A stretch of DNA of 64,000 nt from the human T2T-CHM13v2.0 reference genome, Homo sapiens: NCBI RefSeq assembly GCF_009914755.1, contig NC_060927.1; one strand, written 5' to 3'. The notes below the pieces were generated by a model. It did not search any database, was not told where the DNA came from, and saw only the letters and a list, made by a program, of their open reading frames with translations. Shown here one piece after another: positions 13,907-31,685 of this stretch. The translations under genes and the position numbers were made by a program. Positions within the stretch are counted from its first letter, which is position 1; every line of letters starts with the position of its first letter.

Positions 13907-15845
13907 GAGTGGAGAGAGCGAGAAAGTATTAAGTATTAATGGGAATTTAGTATGAGGAAGACAACGGCATGTGAAGAAATGCTCTATCTTGCAATAGTCA
14001 TAGAAAACAAACAGAAAAAATCAGAATGTATTTAGCGAGATAAAAAATTAACTAGTTTCTGGTGGACAAGAGACAAGTTTTTTATTTTTCCTAGATAGGT
14101 ATCTTCATTTGTAAATTTTCATGTCAATATGACATTTTTTCTTGTACTAAGTGGAAAGATGGATGTGGTTTGGGTAATTTGGCCCTTCACTTATTTACTT
14201 CATATAGTTTAAATAAAACAAAGATTAACTATTTTAGTATCTTTTTTGCTGTACGTAAAATAATCTTGTAGTAGTTGTGATATCCCTAATGATAGTAAAC
14301 TTGGTTTACATAACTAATTTCTCTTGAATGGTGGCTACCACATAGCTACCACAGTCTACGTTGTCCAGAGATGTCACTCTGTTCTGGCAAACTTTCAAAA
14401 TACATGGACATTGTTTTGGACCAGGAGGTGAGTCAAAATTGCTTAGATATTCTTGAATTTACTCATATGTTTGGTTCCATATGCTCACCAGAGAGCAATT
14501 CTAGATATAAGCTAAATACCAAAGCATAAGGCCTGAACAACCTACAAAACTCTGAGTTACAGAAGTCTCATTTATAGCTCTAATAATGTGCAAAAATACT
14601 GAAAATTATTATAGTATGTTTTCATCAACTTTTCTTTTGATAAAAGTTCCTTCCTTACTGTACTCTCTGCTATGCCTTCTTGTCACTTCTCTTGAATTCC
14701 AAAGATCCACATTTGCCTAAATGTCTTTGGTTGTCTTTGTTCAGGCCTATTACAATATTAGAATAAATGGCAGCTTAATTATGAAATTCTTAGGAAAATC
14801 TTAATTTTATCTTCCCTATCCAAATCTAATTGGCACCTTTCTCTTTTATTGAAAACTAATAATTAATAAAATTATTGATAAAATTATCATGCTGAGATCT
14901 TTATAATTATTTATAAACTAACATGTAACTTGTACGGCAGTACCTGTGCTATCTGAAATACCCAGTGTAACACAGTATATGTAAGAAGACCTTGCTGCAT
15001 AAATCCCAATAGTAAAATTTTATATATTAGAACACATTGTGCTTTGATAGGGGGTGTGTTCATGGATTAGCATTGATAATATTAGTTTAATACTATTAAT
15101 AATTGGCATTTCACCATATATTGCACTTTAAAAATTTTTGTGGGTGCATAGTAGGTGTATATATTTATGGGTTGCATGAGCAATTTTGATATGAATATGG
15201 AATGTGTAATAATCACATCAGGATAAATGGGATATCTATCATCTCAAGCATTTATCCTTAGTGTTACAAACAATCCGATTATACTCTCTGAGTTATTTTT
15301 AAATGTACAATTAAATTATTTCTGACTGTAGTCACTCTGTTGTGCTGGCAAGTACTCAGTCTTGTTCATTCCTTCTAAATACCTTTTTGTAACTGTTAAC
15401 TATCCACAATTTCCCCCAAACCCCCACTACACTTTGCAGCCTCTGGTAACTATCCTTCTACTTTTAAATTTTAGCCTCCACAAATAAGTGAGAACATGCC
15501 AAGTCTGTCTTTCTGTGCTTGGCTTATTTCACTTAACATAATGACCTTCAGTTCCATCTATGTTGTTGCAAATGACAGGATCTCATTCCTTTTATGGCTG
15601 AATAATATACCATCGTGTATATGTACCACATTTTCTTTATCCATTCATCTGTTGATGGACACTTAGGTTGCTTCCAAATCTTAGCCACTGTGAATAGTGC
15701 AGCAACAAACAAGGAAGTGCAGATATCTCTTTGATATACTGATTTCCTTTCTTTTGTGTATGTACCTAAGAGTGGGATTGCTGCATTGTATGGTAGCTCT
15801 ATTTTTAGTTTTTTGAGGAACCTCCAAACTGTTCTTCATAACGGC

Positions 15846-15893
15846 TAACTTACATTCCTACCAACAATGTAACTTACATTCCTACCAACAATG
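15846..15893. repeat. Perfect 24-bp tandem duplication
   Basis: taacttacattcctaccaacaatg x2. Confidence 0.95.
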
Positions 15894-16976
15894 TACATGG
15901 GTTGCCTTTTCTCCACATCCTCTCCAGCATTTGTTATTGCCCCACTTTTGGATAAAAGCCTTTTAAACTGGGGTGAGATGATATCTCATTGTAGTTTTGA
16001 TCTGCATTTGTATGATGATTAGTAATATTAAGCACATTTTCATATACCTGTTGGTTACTTGCATGTCTTCTTTTGAGAAATGTCTAGTCAGGTCTTTTGC
16101 CCATTTTTTAATTAGATTATTGATTTTCTTCCTATAGTGTTGTTTGAGCTACTTATGTATTCTGTTAATTAATCTCTTGTCTGATGGGTGGTTTGGAAAT
16201 ATTTTCTCCCATTCTGTGGGTGTCTCTTCACTTTGTTGATTGTTTCCTTTGCTGTGCAGAAGTTTATAACTTGATGTGATCCCATTTTTCCATGTTTGCT
16301 TTGGTTGCCTGTGCTTGTAGGGTATTACTCAAAACATCTTTACCAAGTCCAATGTGCTGAAAAGTTTCCTCAAGGTTTCCTTTTAGTAGTTTCATATTTT
16401 GAGATCTTAGATTGCAGTATTTAATCCATTTCTATTTGGCTTTTGTACATGATGAGAGATAAGGGTCGAGTTTCATTATTGTGCCTATGGATATCAAGTT
16501 TTCCCAGCACCATTTATTGAAGAGACAGTCATTTCTCCAATATATGTTCTTGGGACTTTTGTCAAAAATGAGTTTACTGTAGACGTATAGATATATCTCT
16601 GGGTTCTCTATTCTGTTCTACTAACTATGCATCAGTGTCTATGCCAGCATCATGCTGTTTTGGTTACTATAGTTCTGTACTATAGTTGGAAGTCAGGTAA
16701 TGTGATTTCTCCAGTTTTATTCTTTTTGCTTTTAATAGCTTTGCCTATTCTGGGTATTTATGGTTCCATATACATTTTATGACAGTTTTTTTCCTATTTC
16801 TGTTAAGAATGGCATCAGTATTTTGATAGGGATTGCATTAAATCAGTAGATTGCTTTGGGTAGTAGAAACACTTTAACAATATTGATTCTTCGAAACCAT
16901 GAACATAAAATATCCTTCCATTTTTTGTGTCTTTAATTTTTTACATCTTTTTTTATAGTTTTCATGGTAGAGATCA

Positions 16977-17640
16977 TTTATTTATTTATTTATTTATTTA
17001 TTTATTATTATTATTTTTTATTATACTTTAAGTTTTAGGGTACATGTGCACATTGTGCAGGTTAGTTACATATGTATACATGTGGCATGCTGGTGCGCTG
17101 CACCCACTAACTCGTCATCTAGCATTAGGTATATCTCCCAATGCTATCCTTCCCCCCTCCCCCCACCCCACCACAGTCCCCAGAGTGTGATATTCCCCTT
17201 CCTGTGTCCATGTGATCTCATTGTTCAATTCCCACCTATGAGTGAGAATATGCAGTGTTTGGTTTTTTGTTCTTGCGATAGTTTACTGAGAATGATGATT
17301 TCCAATTTCATCCATGTCCCTACAAAGGACATGAACTCATCATTTTTTATGGCTGCATAGTATTCCATGGTGTATATGTGCCACATTTTCTTAATCCAGT
17401 CTATCATTGTTGGACATTTGGGTTGGTTCCAAGTCTTTCCTATTGTGAATAATGCCGCAGTAAACATACGTGTGCATGTGTCTTTATAGCAGCATGATTT
17501 ATAGTCCCTTGGGTATATACCCAGTAATGGGATGGCTGGATCAAATGATATTTCTAGTTCTAGATCCCTGAGGAATCGCCACACTGACTTCCACAATGGT
17601 TGAACTGGTTTACAGTCCCACCAACAGTGTAAAAGTGTTC
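16977..17640 (-). mobile_element. 5'-truncated young L1 (L1PA2/non-Ta L1HS-like)
   Basis: 'ggtgcgctgcacccactaactcgtcatctagc' (GAG rather than the Ta ACA diagnostic); (TTTA)n tail; encodes the ORF2p end ...FSLIGGN. Confidence 0.9.
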
Positions 17641-17697
17641 ACTTCCTTGTTTAATTCCTAGGAATTTAATTTTATTTGCAGCTGTTGTAAGTGAAAT

Positions 17698-20120
<2,423 letters not shown>

Positions 20121-20546
20121 TTAGGAACATATTAATTTCCATGTGTTTTTATAGTTTCCAAAATTCCTTTATTAATTGATTTCTAGTTTTACTCCATTGT
20201 CGTCAGAGAAGATGCTCTATATTATTTCAATTTTTTGAACGTTTTTTAAGACTAGTTTTGTGACCTAACATGTGGTCATATGATCTATCCTTGAGAATGA
20301 TCCATGTGCTGGGGAAAAGAATGTGTATTCTGTAGCTATTGAGTTAAATGTTCTGTAAATAAATTTTAGGTCCATTTCGTCTATAGTGCAGATTAAGTAC
20401 AGTGTTTGTTGAGATTTGTCCAATGCTGAAAGTGGAGTGTTGAAGTCTCCAGCTATTTTTGTACTGAGGTATCTCTCTTTAGCTCTAATAATATATGCTT
20501 TATATATCTGAGTGCTCCAATGTTGGATGCATGCATATTTACAGTT

Positions 20547-20857
20547 GTTTGTTTGTTTGTTTGTTTGTTTGTTTGTTTATTGAGACAGGGTCTTACTCTG
20601 ACACCCAGGCTGGAGTGCAGCGGCACAATCACCACTCACTACAACCGGTACTGCCCGGGCTCAAGCGATCCTTCTGCCCCAAATATCTGAGACTACTGGC
20701 ATGCATCACCACACCCAGCTAATGTTTATATATTTTGTGGAGATGTGGTTTTACCGTGTTTTCTAGGCTGTTCTCAAACTCCTGAGCTCAAGAGATCTGC
20801 CCAACTCGACATCCCAAAGTGCTAGAATTCCAGGCATAAGCCATCACACCTGATCCC
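20547..20857 (-). mobile_element. AluJ-type SINE in L1MA
   Basis: Diverged dimer, (TTTG)n tail, TSD catatttaca(gt/ac)tgtt on both sides. Confidence 0.92.
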
Positions 20858-21815
20858 ATATTTACAACTGTTATATCCTCTTGCTGAATTGACCACTTTA
20901 TCATTAGCTAGCCATGTACTTTGTCTCTTCTTATAGTTTTTGTCTTGAAATCTATTTTGTCTGATATAAGTATAGCTATTCCTGCTCTTTTTTGGTTTCC
21001 CTTGGCATGGAATAATTTTTCCAACTCTTTATTTTCAGTTTCTGTGAGTCCTTTCAGGTGAAATGTATTTCTTATAAGGAACAGATCATTGGGTCTTATT
21101 TATTTATCCATTCAATCACTATGTCTTTTGATTGAAGTTTAGTCCACTTACATTCAACGTTATTATTGATAAATAAGGACTTACTCCTGCCTTCTTGTTG
21201 TTTTCTAGTTGTTTTGTGGTCTTCTCTTCTTTCCATTGTGTCTTCCTTTTAGTGAAGGTGACTTCCTCTGGTGGTATAATTTAATTTCTTGCTTTTTATT
21301 CTTTTGTGTATTGGTTGCATATTTTTTGAGTCGAGTTTACCATTAGGCTTGCAAGTACTATCTTATAACCCATTATTTCAAGGTGCTAACACTGTTTCAT
21401 AAATAAACAAACAAAAAGAAAACTAATAAAAACTCTACACGTTAACTCTGTTCCACCGGCTTTTTAACTTTTTGTTGTTTCTATTTATATCTTATTGTAC
21501 TATGTCTTCAAATGTTGTAGCTATTAGTTTTGAATGGTTCACTTCTTGGTCTTTTTAGTCAGAGTAGTTTACACATACAGTTACTATATTATAATATACT
21601 GTGTTTCTCTGTGTGCTTACTATTACTAGTGAGTTTTGTACCTTCACAGATTTATTCCTCACTAACATTTTTTTGCTTATTAAAGTACTATCCTTAGCAT
21701 TTCTTGTAGGACAGCTCTGATGTTGATAAAATCCCTCAGGTTCTGTTTTTCTGTAAATGTATTTATTGTTCCTTCATGTATGATGGATATTTTCACTGAA
21801 TATACTATTCTAGGG

Positions 21816-22189
21816 TGATATGTGTGTCCCCATCCAAATCTCATGTTGAATGTAATCCCCTGTGTTGGAGGAGAGGCCTGGTAGGAGGTAATTGAATCAT
21901 GGGGGCAGACTTCTCCCATGCTGTTCTTGTAATAGTGAGTGACTTCTCACAAGATTTGGTTGTTTAAAAGTGTGTAGCAACTCCCTGCTCACCCTCTTCC
22001 TCATTCTCTGGCCATGTAAGATGTGCTTGCTTCCCCTTCACCTTCTTCCATAATTGTAAGTTTCCTGAGGCCTCCCCAGCCATGCTTCTTGTATAGCCTG
22101 CAGAACTGTGAGTCAATTAAACATCTTTACATTATAAATTACTCTGTCTCAGGTAGTTCTTTATAGCAATACAAGAACGGACTAATACA
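21816..22189 (+). mobile_element. MaLR solo LTR (MSTA/MSTB)
   Basis: TG...CA; 'ccaaatctcatgttgaatgtaatcccc', 'aagtttcctgaggcctccccagccatgc', end 'ggactaataca'; TSD taggg/tagga. Confidence 0.9.
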
Positions 22190-25100
22190 TAGGATAAAAG
22201 ATTTTTTCCTTCAGCACTTTAAATACGTCATGCCACTCGCTCCTGGCCTGTAAGTTTTCCACTGAAAAGTCTGCTATCAGATATATGGGATCTCCATTGC
22301 ATGTTGTTTCTTTTCTCTTGCTGCTTTTAGAATCCTTTCTTTATCCTTGACCTTTGGGAGTTTGATTACTAAATGCCTTGATGTAGTTTTCGTTGGATTA
22401 AATCTGCTTTGTGTTCTATGACCTTCTTGTACTTGGATATTGATATTTTCTTTAGGTTTGGGAAGTTCTCTGTTATTATCCCTTGAAATAATCTTTCTAC
22501 TCCTATCTCTTTTTCTACCTCTTCTTTAAGGCCAATAACTCATTTGAAAAGACTTGGGTGTTGAGATCTAAGCTGTATCTGCATTAGCGGGGCACCCCAA
22601 GCCCAGTAACGCTATGGTTCTTGCGTACTCCTAGAGGTACCAACTTGATGGTCTTGCATAAGATCCAGAAGAATTCCATAGATTTCTAGGCAGAGATTCT
22701 TGGTTCCACCCTTTCTTTCTCCAAAACAAAGCTTTGGAGCTGGGGGTGGGGTGAAACAAACACCCCTGTGGCCACCGCAACTGGTGTCATGTCAGGTGAG
22801 ACCTGATGCACTGGGTCTCACCCAAGGTTCACTATAACCATTACCTGACTACCACCTGTGTTTGTTCAAGGCCCTAGAGCTCTACAATCAGCAGGTGGTG
22901 AAGCCAGCCACGATTGTTTTTTTTTCTCTCTAGGGTGGTGAGTTCACCCAGGTTCTGGGTATGTCCAGAGGTGCTATCTGGGGGCCCGGAACTGAAGTCA
23001 AACATCTTAGAAGTCTCCCTGGTGTTCTACTGTGGCTGAGCTGGCACTCAAACCACAAGATGCAGTTCTTCTCACTTTTTCTTCCCCTTTCAACAGGAAC
23101 GGGAGCTTCACTCCATGGTCACCATGAGCCTAGGCACATGGGAGGTACTCCAAGTCTACCACCAATGTTCCTTAGAGCCCAAAGACTCTTCGGTCAGCTT
23201 GCGGTGAATGCTGCCTGGCCTGGAACTCACACTTCAGGGTAGTGGGCTCCCCTCTTTCCTGGGGTAGGTCTAGAAATGCCATCCAAGAGGCAAGGCCTAG
23301 AATTACGGACCTCAGGAACTTGTTTGGTTCTCTACTCCCTTGTGGCTGAGCTGGTACCTAACATGGAAGACAAAGTCCCTTTTGCTTCTACTTCAACTTT
23401 TCTGAAGCAGAGTCTCTTCCTTTAACCACCACATCTGGGAATGTGCTGAGTCCCATCTGAAACCATCAAATCTCAGAGGCTCACCCAAGGCCTTTGGTGT
23501 TACTACCTGGGTATTATTGCTCGCTATTCAGGGCCTAAAGTTTCTTTAGTCAGTTGATGATGGGTCCTCCTGGGAATTGGCCCTTTCCTTTAAGGCAGCT
23601 GGTTCCCTTCTGGCTGGTTCCCCTCAGGGTTGTCTAGAAATGTCTTCCAGGAGCCAAGGTCTGGAAAGGGGCCTCATTACTCTGGTGCCCTGTGCGCTGT
23701 GGCTGAGCTGGTATCCAAAATGCTAAAGAAGCTCTTGTTAACTCTTCCCTCCCTCTCCTCAAGTGGAAGGAAGGAATCCTTTTTGGAGCCACAAGCTCTG
23801 CAGCTTGGGGTTGAGGAAGAGATGGCACAAGCATTCCCTTAGCTGTCCCAGCTGATGTCTCAGTAGATTGCATGCAAGTCCACTGGAACTGAGCCCAGTT
23901 CAGCACTAGGACTCACCTAGAAGTTGCAGTTCTTGTGGCCTAGATTGTCTCTCAAATTTCTTTAGAGCCACCAGAGCACTTCAGCTCTTAGTGGCAATGC
24001 TTGGTGGAACTTCCAATTGCTTAGATGGGTGATGCTTCTCTTACTAGGGATGGTTTAAATACCTTCTCCATGGGCTGCCATCACCTGAGTTCAGGCTGAT
24101 TTTGCTTTCTGCCATGACAAGGCAGCACTGAGTTCAATGCAATGTCTCATAATTGCTGCGCTCTCCCTCTGCCAAGTCCACAGATTCTCTCTCCACACCA
24201 TGTGGTCACTGCTGGGAGATCAGTAGGAGGTTGGCGGGTGGAAGGCCGTTGAAAATTCAAAACTGCCTTTTCTACACAATTCAAGTGCCTCTTTCAGCAA
24301 TATGAAGTTAAAACCAGGTACTGTGTGTGCTCATCTAATTTTTGGTTCTTATAAATGTGCTTTAGATGTGTGGAGATAGTTGTTAAATTTGTGTCCTTTC
24401 CAGGAGGGTGATCTGTCAAGCCTTCTATTTGGCCATCTTGCTCCACATCTTTCTCATTTATTATATTTTGATAGGCAGTGTTTTCATATATTAATGCTAA
24501 TAATATAATATAAATGTTTATGTATTACTTATATAAATGTTCATATATTAACCTTGATATATGAAAGCACCCTCTACCAAACCAGAGTACATATTAAAGT
24601 ATTATTATTATATATAATATATAATATAATGTATTCCAAGCATTCCTCAAACACACTGTGTTAGGCAATCACCTACCCTACTTTCCCTATAAAACCAACT
24701 CTTCTCTCAACTGAAAGGCGTGTATTAGAGAGCCCAGCTATTGTTGGCCTACCAAGCATGCAGCCAGTTGGCTATAGCTTTCAGTGCCAGAATGTCAGGA
24801 TTGTCTGAAAGTTGTTTGGTCAGTTGTAGACTAAAATTATGCAAAACTAATTTCCTCTCCCTATAGAAATATGTCACAAGAATAAATGAGATAATTTAGG
24901 AGAAACACTTTGAGATCTTACAAAGAAAACGCATTCTATTTATTCAGGTTATTGTAGCTTTTAGTATGATTTTTAAAATGCTGTATTGAAGTTGGCCTGA
25001 AGGTAAGATCCAGCACTTTGCTATTATTGTATTCTAACATAAAGCTTCTGCAAAATCGGTTGCAATTTGCTTCCAGGCTACCAAGATATGGTGGGATCTC

Positions 25101-26075
25101 TAATTTCACTGAATTTGAGGTTGTGGAATTGCTTCCCTTTTTAAATCTGTGTGTAATGTAAACAGTTTACTTCATACATAAAGGGCATTTTTCAAGTTGA
25201 CATATTGCAATTTTCAATAGAAATGTAAGCTAAGTTGATGAATTCATTAGGAGGCATACAGTAAGGTGATGCTCATTTATTTCCAAGGGATGAATACTTC
25301 ATGAATCCTAGTTCGTTTTTATTTTTATGGTTTTCTTTATGTACAAAAGAACAAAAATTCTAAATTGCCAAAGGGAGGAAATATAGGTAAATAGAAGCCT
25401 GTGAGTGGAGGAAAAGAAAAACTTGCTACAGCAAAGACTATATTAATTTAAATGCTATCTTCCCATTTTGTGTATACACTGAAGGCAGAATCTTTTCTGC
25501 TCTGAGGCATTCTCGCATTTCTGTTTTCTGATACTAAGTCTCCTTCCTCAGTTACCTAAACTCTACAGAGAGATACTACTCAGCGCTGCTCAATCTCAGA
25601 GCATAAATATGGGATCTAAATAGCAGGTCTGAAGCATTACTTTTCAGCCTGATGACAGATCAATTTTTCCCCCTTTTATTATCTCCTTCATTCTCATGGG
25701 ATCATTTGTATCTGACAGAGAACAGCCTGCCTTCTAGAACAGTGATGTCCTTATTTATCCCTGAACCATGCCTTACCAGAAGCAGAACTTCCTCTTCAAG
25801 GAAAAGTTAGGGACCCAGTTTCACATCTGACATTTCTGGATTGACAAAAATATAAAGTTTTCCTCTATTTCTATATTTTTTCTGTGAAGAAATAGGCTGA
25901 GTTCCACAAAGGGTCATAAGGTGTTTCATATTTGAGATATTAATACCTTATACAAAGAATTGTAACCCACCGAAATAATGTCACAGACAAAATTTATACA
26001 ATAGAATGAAAACATAAACGTTCTGATATAATCCGTATGCAGTCATAAATCTCTTAAAATTAAAATGTATATATT

Positions 26076-26352
26076 GGCCAGGCATGGTGGCTCACACCTG
26101 TAATCCCAGGACTTTGGGAGGCTGAGGCGGGCAGATCATGAGGTCAGGAGATCAAGACCATCCTGGCCAAAATTGTAAACCCTGTCTGTACTAAAATACA
26201 AAAAATTAGCCGGGTGCAGTGGTGCACACCTGTAGTCCCAGCTTGGAGAGGCGGAGGTTGCAGTGAGCTGAGTTTGCGCCACTGCACTCCAGCCTGGCGA
26301 CAGAGCAAGACTACGTCTCAAAAAATAAAAAATAAAAATAAAAATAAAAAAA
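26076..26352 (+). mobile_element. AluS-type SINE with right-arm deletion
   Basis: 'cccagcttggagaggcggagg' skips the usual 'gctgaggcaggagaat' block; TSD-like aaaa(t)gtatatat. Confidence 0.93.
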
Positions 26353-27097
26353 GTATATATATTAAACAATACTCCTCAAATGTTAGAAAATGATATACAT
26401 TATATTCATGAATATAGTGAGAATACCATTTTCATGTCTATATTCTATTAGCACTATCAATATAATGTGTTCATATTGTTAGAGTTAGTACTGCTAATGT
26501 AAATCTACATTAACAGAAAATGTAACATGGTTGACAAAAATCTGTTTTAAGAAAATAAAACAGATATTTGTCGTACACATTTTCAAGCAGTTGGCACAAA
26601 ATAGAGTAAGAATATGCATATGTATTATATAAACACACACCATATACATATACATATATATTTTTATATATAGTTAAAGAGATGAATAAGTGTAAATTGT
26701 GTGGGTAGTTTATTATAATAAGCAAAGGAATTTGTTTCCCTTTATATTTGAAATAATTTTGGCAGGAAGTTACTAACCTAGGAAACCGTAAGTTCTCCAG
26801 ACCATTAGAATCTCTTGTAGTTCAAGGCTTCCAAATTGTGGGACTTATTTGATTATTTCTTCTAAATCATCAATTGTAGATACCTGCTTATAATGACATT
26901 TCTAAACCTGAGCTGGAGTGGTGAGGGAAAAGTAAGTTGAGAATTTTCTATTATGCTCCTCCCTATTGGAAATGGCTATATTTTGCAAAGAAAAAAATTG
27001 AGGTTAATCTTTCTCTAAACATTTTTTAAAATATAAATGGCTCTAGAAAGAGAGTTGTGCTAGCTGCTGACTTATGCTTAAAGGTTACAAGTTCCTT

Positions 27098-27530
27098 GAC
27101 TTAACATAATGACCTCCAGTTCCATCCATGTCATTGCAAATGACAGAATCTCATTCTTTTTTATAGTATTCCATTGTATATAAGTACAACATATTCTTTC
27201 TCCATTCATCGATTAATGGGCCACTTAGGTTGCTTCTAAATCTTGGCTATTGTGAACAGTGCTTCAGCAAACATGGGAGTGCAGGCATCTCTTTGATATA
27301 CTCATTCTCTCTCTTTTGGGTATATATACACAGCAGTGGGATTGACAGATGATATGACTAAAAGAATATAAATGAATTACTTGTTACACAAAGGATAAAT
27401 GCTTGAGGGGATGGATACTCAAATTTTCATGATGTGGTAATTATGCATTTTATGCCTGTGCCAAAATATCTTATGTATCCCCATAAATATATGAACCTAC
27501 TATTTAACCACAAAAATTAAAAATTAAAAA
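27098..27530 (+). mobile_element. Short L1MA with 5' inversion
   Basis: Antisense 27098-27357 plus sense 3'UTR 27358-27530; TSD ttacaagttc at 27085-27094 and 27546-27555. Confidence 0.85.
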
Positions 27531-28309
27531 AGTCATAGACAAAATTTACAAGTTCTTAAGATTTATTGTGGAAGAATCTTTAATTTAGCATATTATTTGT
27601 GTAACTAATAATGAATCTATGGATATTGGAATAGAAATTTCCATCATATAATTCTGATTTTTAAATTTTTTTTGGCTAGAAAAGCAATGTTTAAAATTTT
27701 AACTAACTTACAAGAATATTTTGTGCTACACTCTTGGGGGAAGTTTTATATAAACTTCATATTTAAAAAGTTATTAATTGATGAACCTGATATGAAAAAT
27801 ATAATGCCACTGGCTTGTACTGTTTTTATATTTGAATTTTATCATAATTCATGCAATACAATTTATGTTACTATTAATGTAAATAATCAAATCTATTTTA
27901 TTAGAACAGGGCTAACGTAAGGTCATGACCAGGCTATTAGTAAATTTATTTCTTAAATAAAATTACTTTAAAAGAGATAATCACTATTGACAGAAGATGA
28001 ATGCTTTTTAAAAACCTGCTTTCTATGGGAAAAATGTGGTGTGTGCAATTCAAATATTTGGAAAATACAAGCATAATTTCTCTTAATAGTAGAAAGACTT
28101 CCATTTAATCCAACAGTCTTTATTGTTAACAAGCATAAACAGGATCCTAACTAATGAATTGCTGGCATTCAAATTTTGCAGAGATTTTCATGATTTTGTT
28201 CTGATGTGTTTTTGATTCTCATATAAACAAAAATTATAAAGAAGTCAGTTTCAGGAGAGGTGGCAATGACCATTTTAAGATAAAATAATTAAACTAACAT
28301 CTATCAATC

Positions 28310-28760
28310 AGTGAGTGCTTAGTATAATACAGGCATCATAAATTCTTTATAGTGGTTGATTTTTTTCAACACCTGTGAGAAGTAGACAATATTTTACCCA
28401 TTTAAATTGATAAAAATAACTTTGAGAAGACTGAATAACTGCTCACAAAATCATAGAGGTAACAAATTTTATTGTCAGTTTGCAAATCCAGGTATTAATT
28501 ATTTCAATAACTATGACCTTAACCACTTTTCCATACTGCCTTTTGAAGTGTGGTTCAGAATGAAAAAATGAATTGTCTGATTGGACACTGGAACTAGTCA
28601 CCTGTTGTTTGTAACTTGGGAGAAAACAAAAGAATATAAAAACTGTCAAATCATAGAAATTTAAAGCTGGCAACAAAATTTTGAGTTCATATAGTCCAAA
28701 CCCTCTAATTGAGAACACTGAGACCCAAAGTGGAAAATGGCCAAATGGCATTACAAGCAA
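28310..28760 (-). mobile_element. MIR / MIR3 fragments
   Basis: 'aacacctgtgagaagtagacaatattttacccattt' and 'tcatatagtccaaaccctc...actgagacccaaag'. Confidence 0.55.
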
Positions 28761-29747
28761 ATCACATCAAATAAGCATCTAATTCATCAATAGTTGCTTT
28801 TATAGTCTAACTCTGTAATGAGAGCCTAATACGTCATAAGACCAGTCTTTGACTGCATTAAAGAGATGTTCGGTGAGATGAGATTTTGATGAGAAGGCAA
28901 TGATGGAGAATTTTGAACCTAGTCATCAAGTTATCCATAGCGTTCACAAAACAAAACAAAATAAAAACTGTTAGTCATTATAATTAGTTTCTTTTTTCAA
29001 ATTTAGACAAAAACATATTGAGCATCTTCAAAGCAACAGACCCTATTTTAGGTGTTACCACATTTATTATTTCATTTAATACAAACATATTTGAAACTAT
29101 TAACATGATCAGTTACACAGGATTAATATTAAACTCTGTTGGCAAGCATAGTCATTTTAGAATTATCCACCAATTCCACATTCATAGTCGGAAATTTACA
29201 AATTCACTTAATGGCAGTATAGTGTGAATACTAATCCTTTTTAATACTGGCTTTATTGAAATATAATTGACAAATAAAAATAATATATATTTAAAATGTA
29301 CAACATGATATTTTATATATGTGTAACTTTCTTCCAAGAATTAAGCTAATTAATACATCCATCACCTCTCAGTTACCATTATTTTGTGTGTATGGTGAGA
29401 TACTTAAGAAGATTAGCACATTTTAAATATACAATAAAGTATTATTGATTATAGTCACCATGCTGTACATTAGATCACTAGAGCTTATTCATCTTGCACA
29501 ACTTAAACTTTGTATCCTTTGGCCAATATCTTCCCATTTCTTTCCATTCTTAGCCCCTTTCTAGCACCATTCTACTCTCTACTTTTATGAGTTTAGCTTT
29601 TTTTATATTTCACATATAAGTGAGATCATGTAGCATTCATCTTCTTGTGTGTGACTTTTTTCACGTAGCATAATGTTCTCTGGTTTCATCCATACTGTTG
29701 CGAATGGTAGGATTTCCTTCTTTTTTAAGGCTGAAAAATATTCCATT

Positions 29748-29990
29748 ATATGTGTGTTATATATATGTAATATATGTACATATATGTAATATATATATAA
29801 TGCATGTACATATAGGTAATATAGGTGATGCATATGCATATGTGTAATGTATGTACCTGTGTATGATGTGTGTACATATATGTAATGCATGTGGTGTGTG
29901 CATATATGTAATATATGTGATGTATGTACATGTGTGTGATGTACGCACATATATGTGGCCTGTATATATATGTAGTATATATGTACATAT
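29748..29990. repeat. Degenerate (TATG/TA/TG)n low-complexity tract
   Basis: Largely alternating purine-pyrimidine sequence seen directly; similar tract at 30335-30463. Confidence 0.9.
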
Positions 29991-29997
29991 AAGTTAG

Positions 29998-30337
29998 AAA
30001 TAGGGATCATTCTGAGAAATGCATCATTAGGTGATTTCATCATTATGCGCACATCAGAGTGTACCTACACATCCTAGATGATACAGTTTACTATGTATGT
30101 AGGGTATATGGTATAGCCCATTGCTCCTAGGCTACAAACTTGTACAGCATGTTCCTGTACTGCATACTGTAGGCAATTGTAACAAAATTGTAAGTATTTG
30201 TGTAGATAAAAATATCTAAATATATAAAATGTATAGTAAACGTATGGTATTAAAATTTTGTGGGACCACTCTCATACATGTGGTTCATCAGTGACCAAAA
30301 CATCATTATGTGATAATATGTGTATAGTGCATGACTC
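29998..30337. mobile_element. Tigger3a/MER7A DNA transposon
   Basis: 'ttctgagaaatgcatcattagg...ttgctcctaggctacaaac...actgtaggcaattgtaaca...gtgcatgact'. Confidence 0.85.
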
Positions 30338-30992
30338 TCTCTCTCTCTGTATATATGCATACATATGCACATACACAACATATGAATGAAGAAAATTTGC
30401 GTGAATGTGTGTGTGTGTGTATATATACACATATTTGTGCACACACATGCACACACACACACAAATTTTCTTTATCCATCCATATGTTGTCAATGGACAC
30501 TTAAGTTGTTTCCATATCTTGACTATTGTGAAGAATGCCACAATGAACATGAGAGTGAAGATATCTCTTCAACACACTGACTTTATTTCCTTTGAAAATA
30601 TATCCAGAAGGGGAATTGCTAGATACATGGTAATTCTGTTTTTAATTTTTTGAGGAACTTCCATACTGTTTTCTGTAACAGCTGTATCTACTTACATTTC
30701 TACCAACAGTGTACAAATGTTCACTTTTCTATACATCCTTACAAAATACTTATGTTTTATCTTTTGAAAATAACCATCCTAACAGGTGTGAGGTGATATC
30801 TTCCTGTGCTTTTGATGTGCATTACCTTGATAATTAGTGATGTTGAACATGTTTTCATATATCTATTGGTCATTTATGTTTTCTTTTGATAAATGTTTAT
30901 TAAAGTCCTTTTTTCCATTTAAAAATTATGTTATTTGTTTTTTTCCTATTGAGTTGTTTGAATTCCTTACAGTATATGTAGGATATTAACAC

Positions 30993-31685
<693 letters not shown>

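Noticed and set aside
29603-30653. His/Tyr/Ile/Thr-rich overlapping ORFs
   Set aside because: Translation artefacts of (TA/TG/CA)n low-complexity DNA inside L1MA and Tigger3.
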